DNA of 63,094 nucleotides, filler included, from Octopus bimaculoides (GCF_001194135.2; 3 parts of 3 records of this genome joined end to end with filler, not necessarily neighbours in it), one strand, 5' to 3'; shown: positions 13,879 to 27,761, numbered from the whole stretch's first letter. The notes: a model not told the origin generated them from the sequence alone. Numbers and translations: made by a program.

Positions 13879-14086
13879 GTAATATAAAATGAAAGAAGTT
13901 ATTTTCGTTATTTTTTTTTTTTTTGCTCAATAGTCTTCTTTTATTGCGTAGTTTCTTCACAACTGAACGGATTCCTGTTTATGTACCTTGAGTTTATGGA
14001 GGGTTTGGTTTCGGATTTGCGTTTCTTTAATGTATTTTACTAATGTGTGCAATGCCTAATCAGGATCCTTTCTGCATGTTGTGTAT

Positions 14087-14119
<33 letters not shown>

Positions 14120-14263
14120 CACACACGCACGCACGCACACACACACATACATGCACACGCGCATATTTGTATGTATGCATGTATTATGTATGTATACACA
14201 CACACATATGTGTGTATATATGTACATGCATATACACTCTCTCTATATATGTATATATAATGT

Positions 14264-14300
<37 letters not shown>

Positions 14301-16576
14301 NNNNNNNNNNNNNNNNNNNNNNNNNNNNNNNNNNNNNNNNNNNNNNNNNNNNNNNNNNNNNNNNNNNNNNNNNNNNNNNNNNNNNNNNNNNNNNNNNNNN
14401 NNNNNNNNNNNNNNNNNNNNNNNNNNNNNNNNNNNNNNNNNNNNNNNNNNNNNNNNNNNNNNNNNNNNNNNNNNNNNNNNNNNNNNNNNNNNNNNNNNNN
14501 NNNNNNNNNNNNNNNNNNNNNNNNNNNNNNNNNNNNNNNNNNNNNNNNNNNNNNNNNNNNNNNNNNNNNNNNNNNNNNNNNNNNNNNNNNNNNNNNNNNN
14601 NNNNNNNNNNNNNNNNNNNNNNNNNNNNNNNNNNNNNNNNNNNNNNNNNNNNNNNNNNNNNNNNNNNNNNNNNNNNNNNNNNNNNNNNNNNNNNNNNNNA
14701 TATATATATATATATATAATGTATATATGTATTTATGTATGTGTCTTGCAACTTTGCTTCTGTATTTGCTTTTTTAGTTTTTGTTTTTGCAGTCATTTTT
14801 CTTTCACCATTCACAATGCACCTGTTATTACAGAGTGGTTCCTTCTGTTGTTTTCCAGCCTCGCATACCGCTTATTTATAATTCCAGATATTTATATTTG
14901 GATAGCTTCTCCATTTATTTTAGAGATTATTACCGCATGTCGAGAGTGATGATTCGATCTCGAGAAACTACACTTACTAATGGTTTTTGGCAACAATATC
15001 CGGTCCAATTATCTTGATCTTATTTTCTGTGTGGATTGGCATGCTCCGAACTGATTAGCCTCTCAATCTATCTGACCTTTTATAGTTGTTATTGTACTAT
15101 CTCTTTTCTGTGAGTATGTTTCATAATACAAATGTATAATAAAAAATTGAGTAATTCTTCACTTTAATGTTAAATTGTTTTTTTTTTTTTTTTTGTAGCT
15201 CGATATAAAAGCAAACATTCACACGCACACACATACACACACACATTCTGAAACAGCGATTTGGAAGTTTCTAGACCAACAAAGATCCAGCCTTCTGTTT
15301 CCGTTAAAAAATTATGTCTTAGCCATCTTCAAGATTCATCAGCTACATCTGATGTTCGTTGGGTAAACTCTCCCTTGTATTTTAAGTTGAAATGCCTTAT
15401 GTTAATATAATAAATCACTTTTGTTTAGATGATACAACCAAGGTCGACTTCGATTCACATCCTCCTGTAGTTCATAAAATAAGTATGAATCAAATTCTAG
15501 TGCCGATATAGTCAATGATTATATATTAGAAATAATTAGAAGTGACAGTGAAGTAAACAAAACTGGGGAATATGTTTCTTTATATCTTGAATTCAAATCC
15601 GTTTGAATTCAACCTTGCATTTTATCCTGCCAGGATCAATAAAGAAACTATCTTGAGATAGACACGTTCGTCAACATCTTCCTTTCATGATTTGTGTCAT
15701 TGTACAATATGACAGTAGAGTTTTATATTAATCTTTTTCCATAAGTTTGTATATTCTCCTTGTTTTTAATTATTTGAAATCTTCCTCTGAGCAAGATGCT
15801 GGTTTCTAACAAACATACAAAGCTTCGTCATTGGAATGTAGTTAAAAACAAATTCATATTTTAAACTCTAGAAAAATCTAGCATAGTTTTATTGTTCCAC
15901 TCACAGATTGCATTTTGTAATGTACGAGTTAGATGGTTGATTTCTTTTCTTTTTTTTGTTTTGTTTTGGAAAACCCCAGCTTATACAAATTACCAGGTGT
16001 TTACTCACTAAGCCATGTGCACCAATTATTGGTATAAATGTGAATTTATAATCAAGATTTATAAGCTGCTAGTTTCAAAGTAGTTATCTGTAATTATCCT
16101 CTTTCACTTTGTATGTATGTATGTATGTATGTATGTATGTATGTATGTATGTATGTATGTATGTATGTATGCATGTATGTATATATGCCTGTACGTATGT
16201 ATGTATGCATATATGTATGCATGTATGCATACACACACACACGTACACACACATATGCCAAGGTATGTATGTATTTATATACATACACGTGTATGTGTGT
16301 GTGAGTGAGTGTGTGTTTGTATGTGTGCGTGTGTATATGGTTAGAATGATTTATCATTCTGAGTTGAAACTCTGTGAATCATTCAAGACTGTTTTCCATT
16401 TGATGCTACCAAAATATATATCAGTCATACAATGGGGTAGAGGAGCGATTTAACTAATTGTCCCTTGTAAAAGGTTGATATATATTTGTCATGAATCTTT
16501 ACTTACAAATATCAAAACATTCTTAGCCCTGCATGAGATGATAAAACAAATATGTTTCTAATTTATTCGAGTTAAT

Positions 16577-16743
16577 AGGACAGCAGAATCGTTAGCATGC
16601 CGGACAAAATGCTTAGCGGCATTTTATCCGTCTTTATGCTCTTCAGGGGTCGATAAAATAAGTACTAGTTGAACACTGGGTCGATGTAATCAACTTACCC
16701 CTTCCCCACGAAAGTTGCTGGCCTTGTGTCAAAATTCTAAACC
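16577..16743 (+). mobile_element. MetaSINE with 17-bp TSD
   Basis: aatttattcgagttaat occurs at 16560-16576 and 16744-16760; Meta-like ggggtcgataaaataagtac inside. Confidence 0.88.
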
Positions 16744-18373
16744 AATTTATTCGAGTTAATTCAATTGATCTATGTACCACATATATAGTGATGAGGTTTT
16801 GTGGAAATGAATGATATCAGAAAACAGACTGGTACTGTTCTTCAATGTAATTCGGTAAGGTATTGAAACCATAACTAGTCGAGATACAGTCTAAGTTGCT
16901 GCAAGTGTTTTCAACCAAAATTTTCAATTTTCACCACATTTCACACTCTACATTCCACGCGCTGCTCTTTACAAACCCCGTTACAATTACACAAATAACA
17001 CCTTGCTAAATGTTGTTGGTTCACGTACTTACGTGCTTCAAAGGGCAATTATTAAACGCATCGCAGCACATTACAGAAAGCTTAACCTAATGAGATTTGC
17101 ACAGATTAAAAATCAATTCTTTCTGTTAGCTTCTTGGAATCCTACGCTGAAGAAAAAAAAAAAGAAATTAAAAAGCACTTCTCAAATATTGGTGACTGGT
17201 CTTTGATAATTTCTGCGACAGTATTCACTCGCGGCGAATCCCGATCAAATGGAATATTCAGTTACAGACGTAGATACTTCCCTGTCGTAGGGGGGGGGGA
17301 CAAATGAAATTTAATAAGAATCTCAAGAAACATAGTAACATTATGTGCAGGATGCAATAACTTTATTATTATACACACACNNNNNNNNNNNNNNNNNNNN
17401 NNNNNNNNNNNNNNNNNNNNNNNNNNNNNNNNNNNNNNNNNNNNNNNNNNNNNNNNNNNNNNNNNNNNNNNNNNNNNNNNNNNNNNNNNNNNNNNNNNNN
17501 NNNNNNNNNNNNNNNNNNNNNNNNNNNNNNNNNNNNNNNNNNNNNNNNNNNNNNNNNNNNNNNNNNNNNNNNNNNNNNNNNNNNNNNNNNNNNNNNNNNN
17601 NNNNNNNNNNNNNNNNNNNNNNNNNNNNNNNNNNNNNNNNNNNNNNNNNNNNNNNNNNNNNNNNNNNNNNNNNNNNNNNNNNNNNNNNNNNNNNNNNNNN
17701 NNNNNNNNNNNNNNNNNNNNNNNNNNNNNNNNNNNNNNNNNNNNNNNNNNNNNNNNNNNNNNNNNNNNNNNNNNNNNNNNNNNNNNNNNNNNNNNNNNNN
17801 NNNNNNNNNNNNNNNNNNNNNNNNNNNNNNNNNNNNNNNNNNNNNNNNNNNNNNNNNNNNNNNNNNNNNNNNNNNNNNNNNNNNNNNNNNNNNNNNNNNN
17901 NNNNNNNNNNNNNNNNNNNNNNNNNNNNNNNNNNNNNNNNNNNNNNNNNNNNNNNNNNNNNNNNNNNNNNNNNNNNNNNNNNNNNNNNNNNNNTTTAAAA
18001 TTATAATACAGGGTATCTAAGAGATACCGCCACGCTGAAAAATAGCAGTCAAAATTCTGACTCTAAAACCACAATAAATGTCCACATAGTACAAGGAGCG
18101 AAGACGAAGACAAAATAAACCAGTAAAAATAATAAGATAATTCCAGATCCTGGATTTCTGGCTTTGCATAAATAATAATGCTTTGCCTTCATCGGTGGAA
18201 TATACTTAAGTACATGAATACAAATATATGTATATAAACAGTATACTTACATATACGGACGTATACACACATATATATGCATGTATGTACACGACTAGCT
18301 TAAATAGCCCGCCTATTTTTATTCCCATGCTGACCACTTGATAAGATCAATATTTTAAATATCGATCTTATCC

Positions 18374-18411
<38 letters not shown>

Positions 18412-18634
18412 CTATCACACAAAGTCACAACCTCACACTTCCAAAAGTCACCTATACACACGTATACGAACTTCCTTATGTATACACACCACACTGCTTT
18501 GACCAGTCCATTCCCTTGACCGACCGCGCTATTTTAGAAAAAACTGTTTTATGTCAAGTGCCACTTCCTCTGTCTGATCAAAAGAACACTCTTCGGGTTT
18601 ACGATATCCAAATTAACTTTCTCTCCAACGAGTG

Positions 18635-18694
<60 letters not shown>

Positions 18695-19463
18695 CTCTCT
18701 TTCACTCCAACGAGTTATTCTCTTTCTCTTTTTCTCCCCCTCTCTCTCCACACACGCATACACACACAAACATATACACAAATACATACTCCGAGAGACA
18801 CATGAGTATTCTTGGATCAAAATAATGTATTTGAATTACGCACACACACACACGAAACACAAATCGCAATTTATACTGCACGCGCAAACACACTAAACAA
18901 CTCTATAACAGCCACATACCTATTATAACACATATTTACGTACGCACATATACATATACACACAGCCTCACACACCCTGCCTAATACTTTCTATGATGCA
19001 CATACACACTACCAAAGACACATACACACATATCCTCATAGGTCGACATTCCCCCAGGCTGATAACATTTTATATTTCCTGCCTAGCTTTTTTCTAATTT
19101 CTTTCTCTGTCTTTTCGTATTATGAGTGTGTATATGTATGTGTATATGTATGTACACATACACACACACATCCCACACATTTTCGTCTAGAAGCACTGAC
19201 AAAGACAATTTTTTCTTTCATTCAAGTATTAAAGTGATACCTTATTCATCGAACTATGTTCGTGTCTGTGTTGTTTTGGAATTTTGACGGTTTTGCCCTT
19301 TTTCACTTTACATCGTACGCACATACATACTACGTTCTAAGTTCACATTGCTCCGAAGTCGACTTTGCCTTTCATCCTTTCGGGGTCAATAAAATAAGTA
19401 CCAGTTGAACACTGGAGTTAATGTAATCGACTTATCCCCAAAATTGCTGCCCTTGTGGCAAAA

Positions 19464-19554
<91 letters not shown>

Positions 19555-20139
19555 TTGTATGTAAGTGTATGTGAGTGCGCTTGCATGCGCGCGCATGCAG
19601 GGATTGTTTTATAGCTAATGCTCTAAGATAATGAGATAATCACAAGTTGGTCGGACTGTGCCTGGAACACTTGCTTTTTCTCCTCTTCACATAACACTGA
19701 CGTGAATATGCGTTTTTCATTTCTTCGCGTTTTACAGTTATCCTGACAGAGCCAAATCTCAGCACTGTTTAATAAAATATACAATTTAACAAGGATCCGT
19801 TACGACATTAGCGCTTTCATACCTCACAAGAAGTGATAGACAGGATAGCTAGGTATCTTTTGTGAGACCTTTCAGCAGTAGATAATCTTTCAGCAATGCT
19901 TCTGAAACCGTAGTAATACGAAATGAGATTTAAGATCGTTTCTGTAATGGTCCATAAAGTAGAAGTACGTGGGAGGCGAGAGCAAGCAAGGTCCATTTCC
20001 GTGATTCAAATTCGATTCCCTACTGTTGGTTCTTTGTTTCTCAAATTTCACATGCAAATGTTCACAGATGTATGTGTTTATGTGTCCGTGTGTCTGCACG
20101 AGTTTGAGTGTATATGTCTGTTTGAGCGTGTATATATGA

Positions 20140-20266
<127 letters not shown>

Positions 20267-20720
20267 ATTAGGCTTTAGCACTTCATCAATGAATACATGA
20301 CAAACAAACGACTGGAAAGAAGATATTGCATGTAGAAAGCGATAGCCATTTCAAATACGCGCGCGCGCGAGCACATACACACATACCCACTACACACAGA
20401 CACAGACACACACATACACAGACACATACATACACAGACACACACATACACAGACACACACATACACAGACACACACATACACGCACAAATTCTACCTTC
20501 ATGAATCAAGCTACCAGTAATCCTGTTCCACCGATAATTCAGACATAACTTGTAGTTCGGTGCCCCAACCAGCTGCTATCATATTTAGTCCCAGCCATGG
20601 TTCCACAGAGGTGACTCTCATGGTGTAAAGCACAAATATTATACATTGTCAATAGCAAACGAGGTTGAACTTGTGAAAAACTTGACAGCAGTGTGTCTGT
20701 GAGAAACTTGTGTAAATTCT

Positions 20721-20932
20721 TTTCTACTATCGGCACAAAGCCTGACATTTTTGGGGAGGGGACTAGTCAGTTACATCGACCCCAGTGTTTCACTGGTACT
20801 TAATTTATTGACCCCGAAACGATGAAAGGCAAAGTCGACCTCGGCGGAATTTGAACTCAGAAGGTAGCAACGGGTGAAATACCATCATGCATTTCGTCCA
20901 ACGTGCTAACAATTCTGCCAGCTCACCGCCGT
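20721..20932 (-). mobile_element. MetaSINE, full length, 17-bp TSD
   Basis: aaacttgtgtaaattct occurs at 20704-20720 and 20933-20949; tRNA-like head and Meta domain. Confidence 0.92.
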
Positions 20933-21240
20933 AAACTTGTGTAAATTCTACAACACCGGCTTTTCTATAATGCATGGCGTAAAGAATCGGAAAGAAAAAG
21001 AGAATGCAGTTCTTTGCTGGCAGAAGTTCTAAGATTAATGATGTGCATGAGGAACAGATGTGCATAAGGCAAGTGAGAACAATTCAGAACAGGGTGCAGT
21101 GTTAAAGTGGTTTAAGCTCCGCATGAGTGAAGATGTTGAGATGTTTGAGGATCTGGTGAAGGAGCAAACAACAATATTTTTTTATAAACAATATACTAGA
21201 TTATGGGTGTGCTTATAGTGACGTTCAGCGTTATAGTTTC

Positions 21241-21449
21241 TTATTTCTTTATTACCCACAAGGGGCTAAATATAGAGGGGACAAACAAGGACAGACAAAG
21301 GGATTAAGTCGATTATACCGACCCCAGTGCGTAACTGGTACTTAATTTATCGACCCCGAAAGGATGAAAGGCAAAGTCGACCTCGGCGGAATTTGAACTC
21401 AGGACGTAACGGCAGACGAAATACCGCTAAGCATTTCGCCCGGCGTACT
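21241..21449 (-). mobile_element. MetaSINE, 5'-truncated, 14-bp TSD
   Basis: agcgttatagtttc occurs at 21227-21240 and 21450-21463. Confidence 0.92.
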
Positions 21450-21482
21450 AGCGTTATAGTTTCAAGTAGCGACATGGCCTAA

Positions 21483-21700
21483 CCCTTTTACTGTGAGAAG
21501 CAGACATATCCACTCAAAATTTCTTTACCCTTAACTGTAGAAAGAAGTTTTATATACAAATCTATTGAGGAATGTTATGTTTGAAACTATTTCCTGTTGC
21601 GATATGTCAAGTTTATTGAGGTAGCGTGATTGTATTGTTTTAGTAGGTATTCAACATAATTACTGGAATAGCCATAGAATTTAATTCCGCTGCTAAAGGG
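21483..21700. mobile_element. piggyBac-like MITE (CCCTTT...AAAGGG, followed by TTAA)
   Basis: Terminal CCC/GGG with ctaa and ttaa flanks; homologous to 36450-36904. Confidence 0.7.
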
Positions 21701-21801
21701 TTAAAAAGTATCGTTAAGTGTGTGGCAAAACCGTTCAGTGAACAAGTAAGCAGCTATACACGTAACCATGTTAGTTTCTGATGGAAAATACAAGTCGTGA
21801 G

Positions 21802-22469
21802 GGACCTTGTTCAAAACGGGGGCACCAATTTTCATTTATGTTTTATGTAGTGTTTTTGGTACCGAAAGACTTTCAAACTTCGTATACTTATCTATTTTGT
21901 GTTATAGAACAGAAAAAAATTTTGTATTCAAATTTATTTCATGTAAAAAATTGTCTTATTTCGATAATTTCAACCAATCACTGACAAGTATTCAGCTGTT
22001 TACACTTACTCCTTTGGTAGTTTAAGCGGTGTAAAGCGTATTTAATCTCCATTACTTCTGACATTTTGCAGAGGCAACACACGTGTGTTCGTTTTCCCTA
22101 ACCCTAACCCTAACCCTAATTGACTTGCTCCTTCCCTCAAAAACCATGCCTTGTGCCTATAATAGAAAGGTTTATTAGCTACTGCCAATATGCTTCAGCC
22201 ATTTTTTGACAAGGAAATAATAATTTTATCACCGCGAGAATCGTTTGTTTACGTAGTCAGCACTTACTGTTATTCGGCTGAATGGACGTCAGTCATTGGT
22301 TGAAATTACAGAAATACGACAACTTTAACATGAAATAACTTGCGATGTACGTTTTTTTGTTAAGAAGACTAAGAGAAAAAGATGTTTTATATGACACATT
22401 CTACCAGTGTCCCAAGTTTCAAAGTGATTCGTTAAGAAAATACTGGTGCCCCCGTTTTGAACAAGATCC
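21802..22469. mobile_element. Non-autonomous DNA transposon with GG...CC ends and 8-bp TSD (Merlin-like)
   Basis: Terminal inverted repeat GGA(C/T)CTTGTTCAAAACGGGGGCACCA at both ends; gtcgtgag duplicated at 21794-21801 and 22470-22477. Confidence 0.85.
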
Positions 22470-22635
22470 GTCGTGAGTATAATACCGAAAAGAATCCTGT
22501 CAAAAGAGGATTCAAAATCACTAAGTTACAAACCATTGAAAAACTGTGTAGGTTGCTCTAATATTGTGAAAAAAGTTCTGACAAAAATTTTAGAAATTTA
22601 CCGTGTCAACAAGAAAGGATAGATTACAACAAATA

Positions 22636-22853
22636 TTGTTTTCTACTCTAGGCACAAGGCCCGAAATTTTTGGGGAGTGGGCCAGTTGATTAGATCGACC
22701 CCAGTACGTGACTGGTACTTAATTTATCGACCCCGAAAGGATGAAAGGCAAAGTCGACCTCGGCGGAATTTGAACTCAGAACGTAGCGGCAGACGAAATA
22801 CCGCTAAGCATTTTGCCCGGCGTGCTAACGTTTCTGCCAGCTCGCCACCTTTG
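22636..22853 (-). mobile_element. MetaSINE, full length, 14-bp TSD
   Basis: gattacaacaaata occurs at 22622-22635 and 22854-22867. Confidence 0.92.
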
Positions 22854-23018
22854 GATTACAACAAATAGTACACAATAGTTTTCTTCTCCTGGACAACAAC
22901 TCCCATATGACCCTTATTTTAGACAACCACTCCACACATTCTAAAGCAAAACTTCAAGCAAAACAAAACCAATATCTCCCTATCGTCAAACTCTACGTTA
23001 TTAATTCAAACTCTAAAC

Positions 23019-23111
23019 CAATTCTTGAGCCTAAGTATCTCTCAATTCTTGAGCCTAAGTATCTCTCAATTCTTGAGCCTAAGTATCTCTCAATTCTTGA
23101 GCCTAAGTATC
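23019..23111. repeat. Perfect 24-bp tandem repeat, about 3.9 copies (caattcttgagcctaagtatctct)
   Basis: Units start at 23019, 23043, 23067 and 23091. Confidence 0.97.
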
Positions 23112-23158
23112 GCTCCTTGCTTACGAGGCATCTACTGAGTGAATTTAACTCTGTCTAA

Positions 23159-24200
23159 TCAATATAGAAGGGCACGGGGGCTGTGTGCATGATACACAAG
23201 CAATGGCTTTAACTTATAATCTCCTGGACAATTACCTCCCAACATAATGGTCACACGTACTTTTGAGACCTTGTAGCCTGGAATAGTTTTCTCCTCCTTG
23301 GAAATAAATGAACGGTCTGGCAATTTTTTTCCAATACAACCCAATTTCGTCTACGTTAAAAATCCGTTCGGGAAGAAACCCGTTTTCTTCGATGATTTTC
23401 TTTAATGCATCAGGAAATTCCGCTGCTGCTTGCTCGTCAGCTGATGCCCTTTCACCTTGCTTCTTAATGGAGTAATTACTTCTTCACTCCTTAAATCTCA
23501 TGAACCATCCTTGACTTGCCTTGAACTCTACATCTTTCTCATCTGGATATTTTTCTTCAGTTCCTCAAACAAAGACAACGCTTTCCCTTGAATGATTTCT
23601 TCACTAATAGTAGCACGGTGACGATTCAACCTAGCAGTCCAAAGGGAAAGACTTTCCTTTACTTCTTTTCTTATTAACAGTGTTTTTCATCCCTGAGACT
23701 TCAGATTTGATATCTTGTCCTTATTATGTACAATCGTCGAGACAGTTGTCCAACTCATCATGCAAATGCTACCACTCTTTTACCTTTTTCATGGTGTTTT
23801 ATCATAGCTAGTTTATCTTCCAGCGTTATAGCATGACGCTAAGCACTTTCACTATTAATTTTCTTAGGAGCCATAGGGCCAAAAAATGAAGTCACAATGA
23901 ATGAGAAAGTAGCCGATAAACAGACGTAAACAAATCTGAATCCAAAACAATCGCGAGTATCACGAGTAACAACGACGCCTAACGGTAGATGTTAGAACTA
24001 CAGTGCAATATGAGCTCCGAAAGATCAGTAAATAAGACAACACAGCTGATCTCATGATTTTGTTCACTAAACTACACTACTTTATGTACGTATTTTAATA
24101 TGATTTTATATGCTTATTTATTGTATAGTAACATGATTTTATGTACTTTTAACGGTTTTCTAGTGATTTTACGATTCCAATATTTGTGGCATTCCGCACA
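23159..24200 (-). mobile_element. Tigger/pogo DNA transposon remnant (CENP-B-like HTH and start of DDE domain)
   Basis: ATG at 23874 (MAPKK..); FKASQGWFMRFKE; GERASADEQAAAEFPDALKKIIEENGFLPERIFNVDEIGLYWKKLPDRSFISKEEK; LLVYHAHSPRAL. Disrupted; outer boundary approximate. Confidence 0.9.
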
Positions 24201-24394
24201 CTTTTATTGAAAGTTTTTATTTCACCAGAAATTATCGCAAAACCAATGGGGTCTAGTCTTTTTCTATTGCTATGGACTTGCTTTCCCTTCACCAACCGCG
24301 TCTGCCGACAGTCGGTGAGTTACCTTCACCACGGAAGGAAACGAACCTTACTTATCAAATGACAAACAGCCTTATTTAAAAGTTGTGACCAATT

Positions 24395-24439
<45 letters not shown>

Positions 24440-25072
24440 GCACACACATACACACACATTTATATACTATCTCTCTCTATATATATGTATGTATATATGT
24501 ATGTACACACACGCGTGCATATATACAAGTGTATGTTATACCAGGACATACGAAGCTGTTACTGGTAACATGTAGAATTTGTTGTGTGGTGGAGAGGGTG
24601 ATTTTGGACACGCTACAAGATGAAAACAAGAGCTGTCAAGAGTGGATGAACTCACGAAAGTCAATGGCTATCCAATTATATGGCATGCAGAAACAGAAAT
24701 GCTCGTGATAATGAACGAGAACATCGTAAAACCACATGGGATTAAGAGTCCAATAAGTTTATATCAAAACGTCTGTCGTGAAGAAATTTCCTCTGGTATA
24801 AATCTTGAGGTTCGATCAACTTTTGATTATCCTAGTCGCTGCTGAGTTATCAGAAAGCAAGCTGTTCTATGAGGAAAACGAATGCAGTTCTGTGCATCAC
24901 ATACTGTAATCAATTTCACATACAAGAACTTCTTGGAAAACACTATGAATCTCTCACAAAGGTCTCTGGTGAAGGAGATACGGTAACATATTGGAAGTAT
25001 GAATTCGGAAACTTGCATATAAACGGGTTGGGATAGTGATCGCTTTTTCTCTAAGCTATTACAATGGAGATA

Positions 25073-25384
25073 GACGGTTTCTGGTTTGATATAAAAGTCT
25101 TAACTTCCTCAGAACATCTTAACCTTTTGAAATACCATCTGAATCTGCCCCGTTGAAATCTGCTGGCGTCCTTAATTGCTTAGCGCCAAAATGCGGACAG
25201 CCTCAGTGTGAGAAGTACTAATCAGCAGTAAAATATTCGGAAGTGAATATTTATAAGATATTATTATTGCTATTATTATTGAAGGCAATATAAATAGTTG
25301 GTAATAACAGAAACTTTAATATTTCAAAAGGTTAAGATGTGTTGAGGAAGGTAAGATTTTTTTATATCAAACCAGAAACCGGTC
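25073..25384. mobile_element. MITE with about 58-bp terminal inverted repeats
   Basis: 25076-25134 (ggtttctggtttgatataaaa..cttaaccttttgaaata) is the near reverse complement of 25320-25380. Confidence 0.85.
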
Positions 25385-25768
25385 CACATATATGCCTGTA
25401 CCATTAAATGTATAGCTTTATGTCATATTCGTATATGAGAGACTTTTTCGATCTGCTAGTATACTGTTGAATCTGCTGTTTTCAATGCTAATCTTCTGGT
25501 AGTTCAAATAAGGGTTTTGACTCTTATTTCTAGTGGGTATTATGATTTATATATATATATATATATATAAATATATATATATACATACATANNNNNNNNN
25601 NATAAGAGTATATATAAAGGAGGCCACTAGGTGGACTGCTAATGTGCTAGAAGAAGATCACATGTCATGTGTCTACTAAGACCGAATAATTCTCAAAGGG
25701 AATTTAGCGAAGCAACAAAAACGTAAAGCGGGCAAGACCAGTGAAAATTACACAAAAAAAATACAATT

Positions 25769-25836
25769 ATCTGTAAACATATGTTTCGAAATTAACATTT
25801 TCTTACCGAAAATATCGGTTTCTCATCAGTGCAGAT
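25769..25836 (-). ncRNA. Type I hammerhead-ribozyme-like motif with a minimal palindromic stem III
   Basis: Minus strand reads ATCTGCA-CTGATGA-GAAA..TTTC-GAAA-CATATG-TT-TACAGAT; the core boxes are intact and stems I, II and III can be paired by eye. Activity untested. Confidence 0.65.
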
Positions 25837-25846
25837 CGTTGGATAG

Positions 25847-25970
<124 letters not shown>

Positions 25971-26032
25971 ATTTGTACATACATGCATGTGTTTATACAT
26001 ACATACGTACATACATATATTTTATATATATA

Positions 26033-26274
26033 CATGGTTAGCCAGAAGTTACCCGACAGTAAATCAAAATTCCATAAATACTTAATATTCAATTTTATTT
26101 ATTCATTCCAATTATGAATGTTTAATAATTGAATGCTGTATGTTAAAAATCGCCGTTTGTTTTTCAACAATTGTCTAATTATCAGCGAAGTCTCATATGA
26201 AATATTTCTTTGTTTTAATCTTGGAATTAAATGGAGGTTTTGATTTACTGTCAGGTGACTTTTGGCCAACCATC
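26033..26274. mobile_element. Tc1/mariner-type MITE with TA flanks
   Basis: catggttagccagaagttacccgacagtaaatcaaaa versus its near reverse complement at 26237-26274; TA on both sides. Confidence 0.8.
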
Positions 26275-27761
26275 TATGTATGTGTGTGTGTGTGGGTGTA
26301 TGTGTGTGTGTGTTCTTTAACTGCTTTTGGCCATCGGTGTGTGTTTGTTTTTTTTGTGTGTGTTTGTGTGTGTTTCCATTTAATTCCCTTCTTTATATTT
26401 CTTTCTTTTTAACAAGAAATCTAATTTTAAATAACACTGAAGGTGTTGCTTTTCACTATCGATCCTATTCTTGATGTTGCCGTTGCTGCTGTTTCATTTT
26501 TTTGTCTGTGTGTGTTTTATTTTTGTGTTGCTGTTCTTTCTAGTGGGCGGTTCCACTAGATTTGATAGGGACTTGTAACATTAGGGAGGTGATAGGTGTG
26601 TGATGACGGCGGTAATATTGACGGTGATGATTAGGGCGGGTGTGGTAGTGGCGAAGGTAATGGAGGTTTTGCTAGTGATAGTGATGGTGGTGGTGGTGGT
26701 GGTGGTAGTGGTGGTGGTGNNNNNNNNNNNNNNNNNNNNNNNNNNNNNNNNNNNNNNNNNNNNNNNNNNNNNNNNNNNNNNNNNNNNNNNNNNNNNNNNN
26801 NNNNNNNNNNNNNNNNNNNNNNNNNNNNNNNNNNNNNNNNNNNNNNNNNNNNNNNNNNNNNNNNNNNNNNNNNNNNNNNNNNNNNNNNNNNNNNNNNNNN
26901 NNNNNNNNNNNNNNNNNNNNNNNNNNNNNNNNNNNNNNNNNNNNNNNNNNNNNNNNNNNNNNNNNNNNNNNNNNNNNNNNNNNNNNNNNNNNNNNNNNNN
27001 NNNNNNNNNNNNNNNNNNNNNNNNNNNNNNNNNNNNNNNNNNNNNNNNTGGTGGGGCGAGGATGGTACTGAGATGAAGATGGTGAAAGATGATGATTGTA
27101 GTGGTTATGATTGTGGTGGTGGTGGTGGTGGTGGTGGTGGTGGTGGTGACGGTGTGAGTGGATATTATGCTGATGACGTTGGGTTGGTGGTCGTCATAGT
27201 TGTGCTAGTCGAGTGTTGTTGGTGATTATAACGGTGATATATGTTTGCTATCAGTATATTTCATTAATATTTTCATCAATATTGTCTCCTTACACTTCCA
27301 CTATGATATTGATATGTAATTATACGACCTGGCCTCTAGTAATAAAACGTAGGATTAAAGTCATCAATACCCATTATACTCAAAGGGGTAAGTATGTGAG
27401 TCTGTGTGTCTATATATTTGAATGTATGTGTGTCTGTATATGTGTGTGCATCTGTATATGTTTGTATCTATGTATTCCTATTTGTGTGTCTATATATTTG
27501 AATGTATGTGTGTCTGTATATGTTTGTATATATGTATTCGTCTGTATGTGTCTATATATTTGTATGTGCGTCTGCATATGTGTGTGTATCTGTGTATGTT
27601 TGTATGTATGTATGTATGTATGTATGTATTCGTCTGTTTGTGTCTATATATTTGTATGTACGTTTGTCTGTATATGTATGTGCATTTGTAGATGTTTGTA
27701 TGTGTATATTCGTCTCTATGTGCATGTGTATTTTTATACATGCATTATGTGTGTATATCTG

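Noticed and set aside
14800-15060. Minus-strand EKLSKYKYLGI peptide resembling a LINE RT motif
   Set aside because: One short motif in stop-ridden sequence is too little to name an element.
22095-22119. (CCCTAA)n as a true telomere or fusion scar
   Set aside because: Only about four units, lying inside a TIR-bounded element.
24560-25020. Coding-like composition on the plus strand
   Set aside because: All frames are interrupted and no family motif was recognised.
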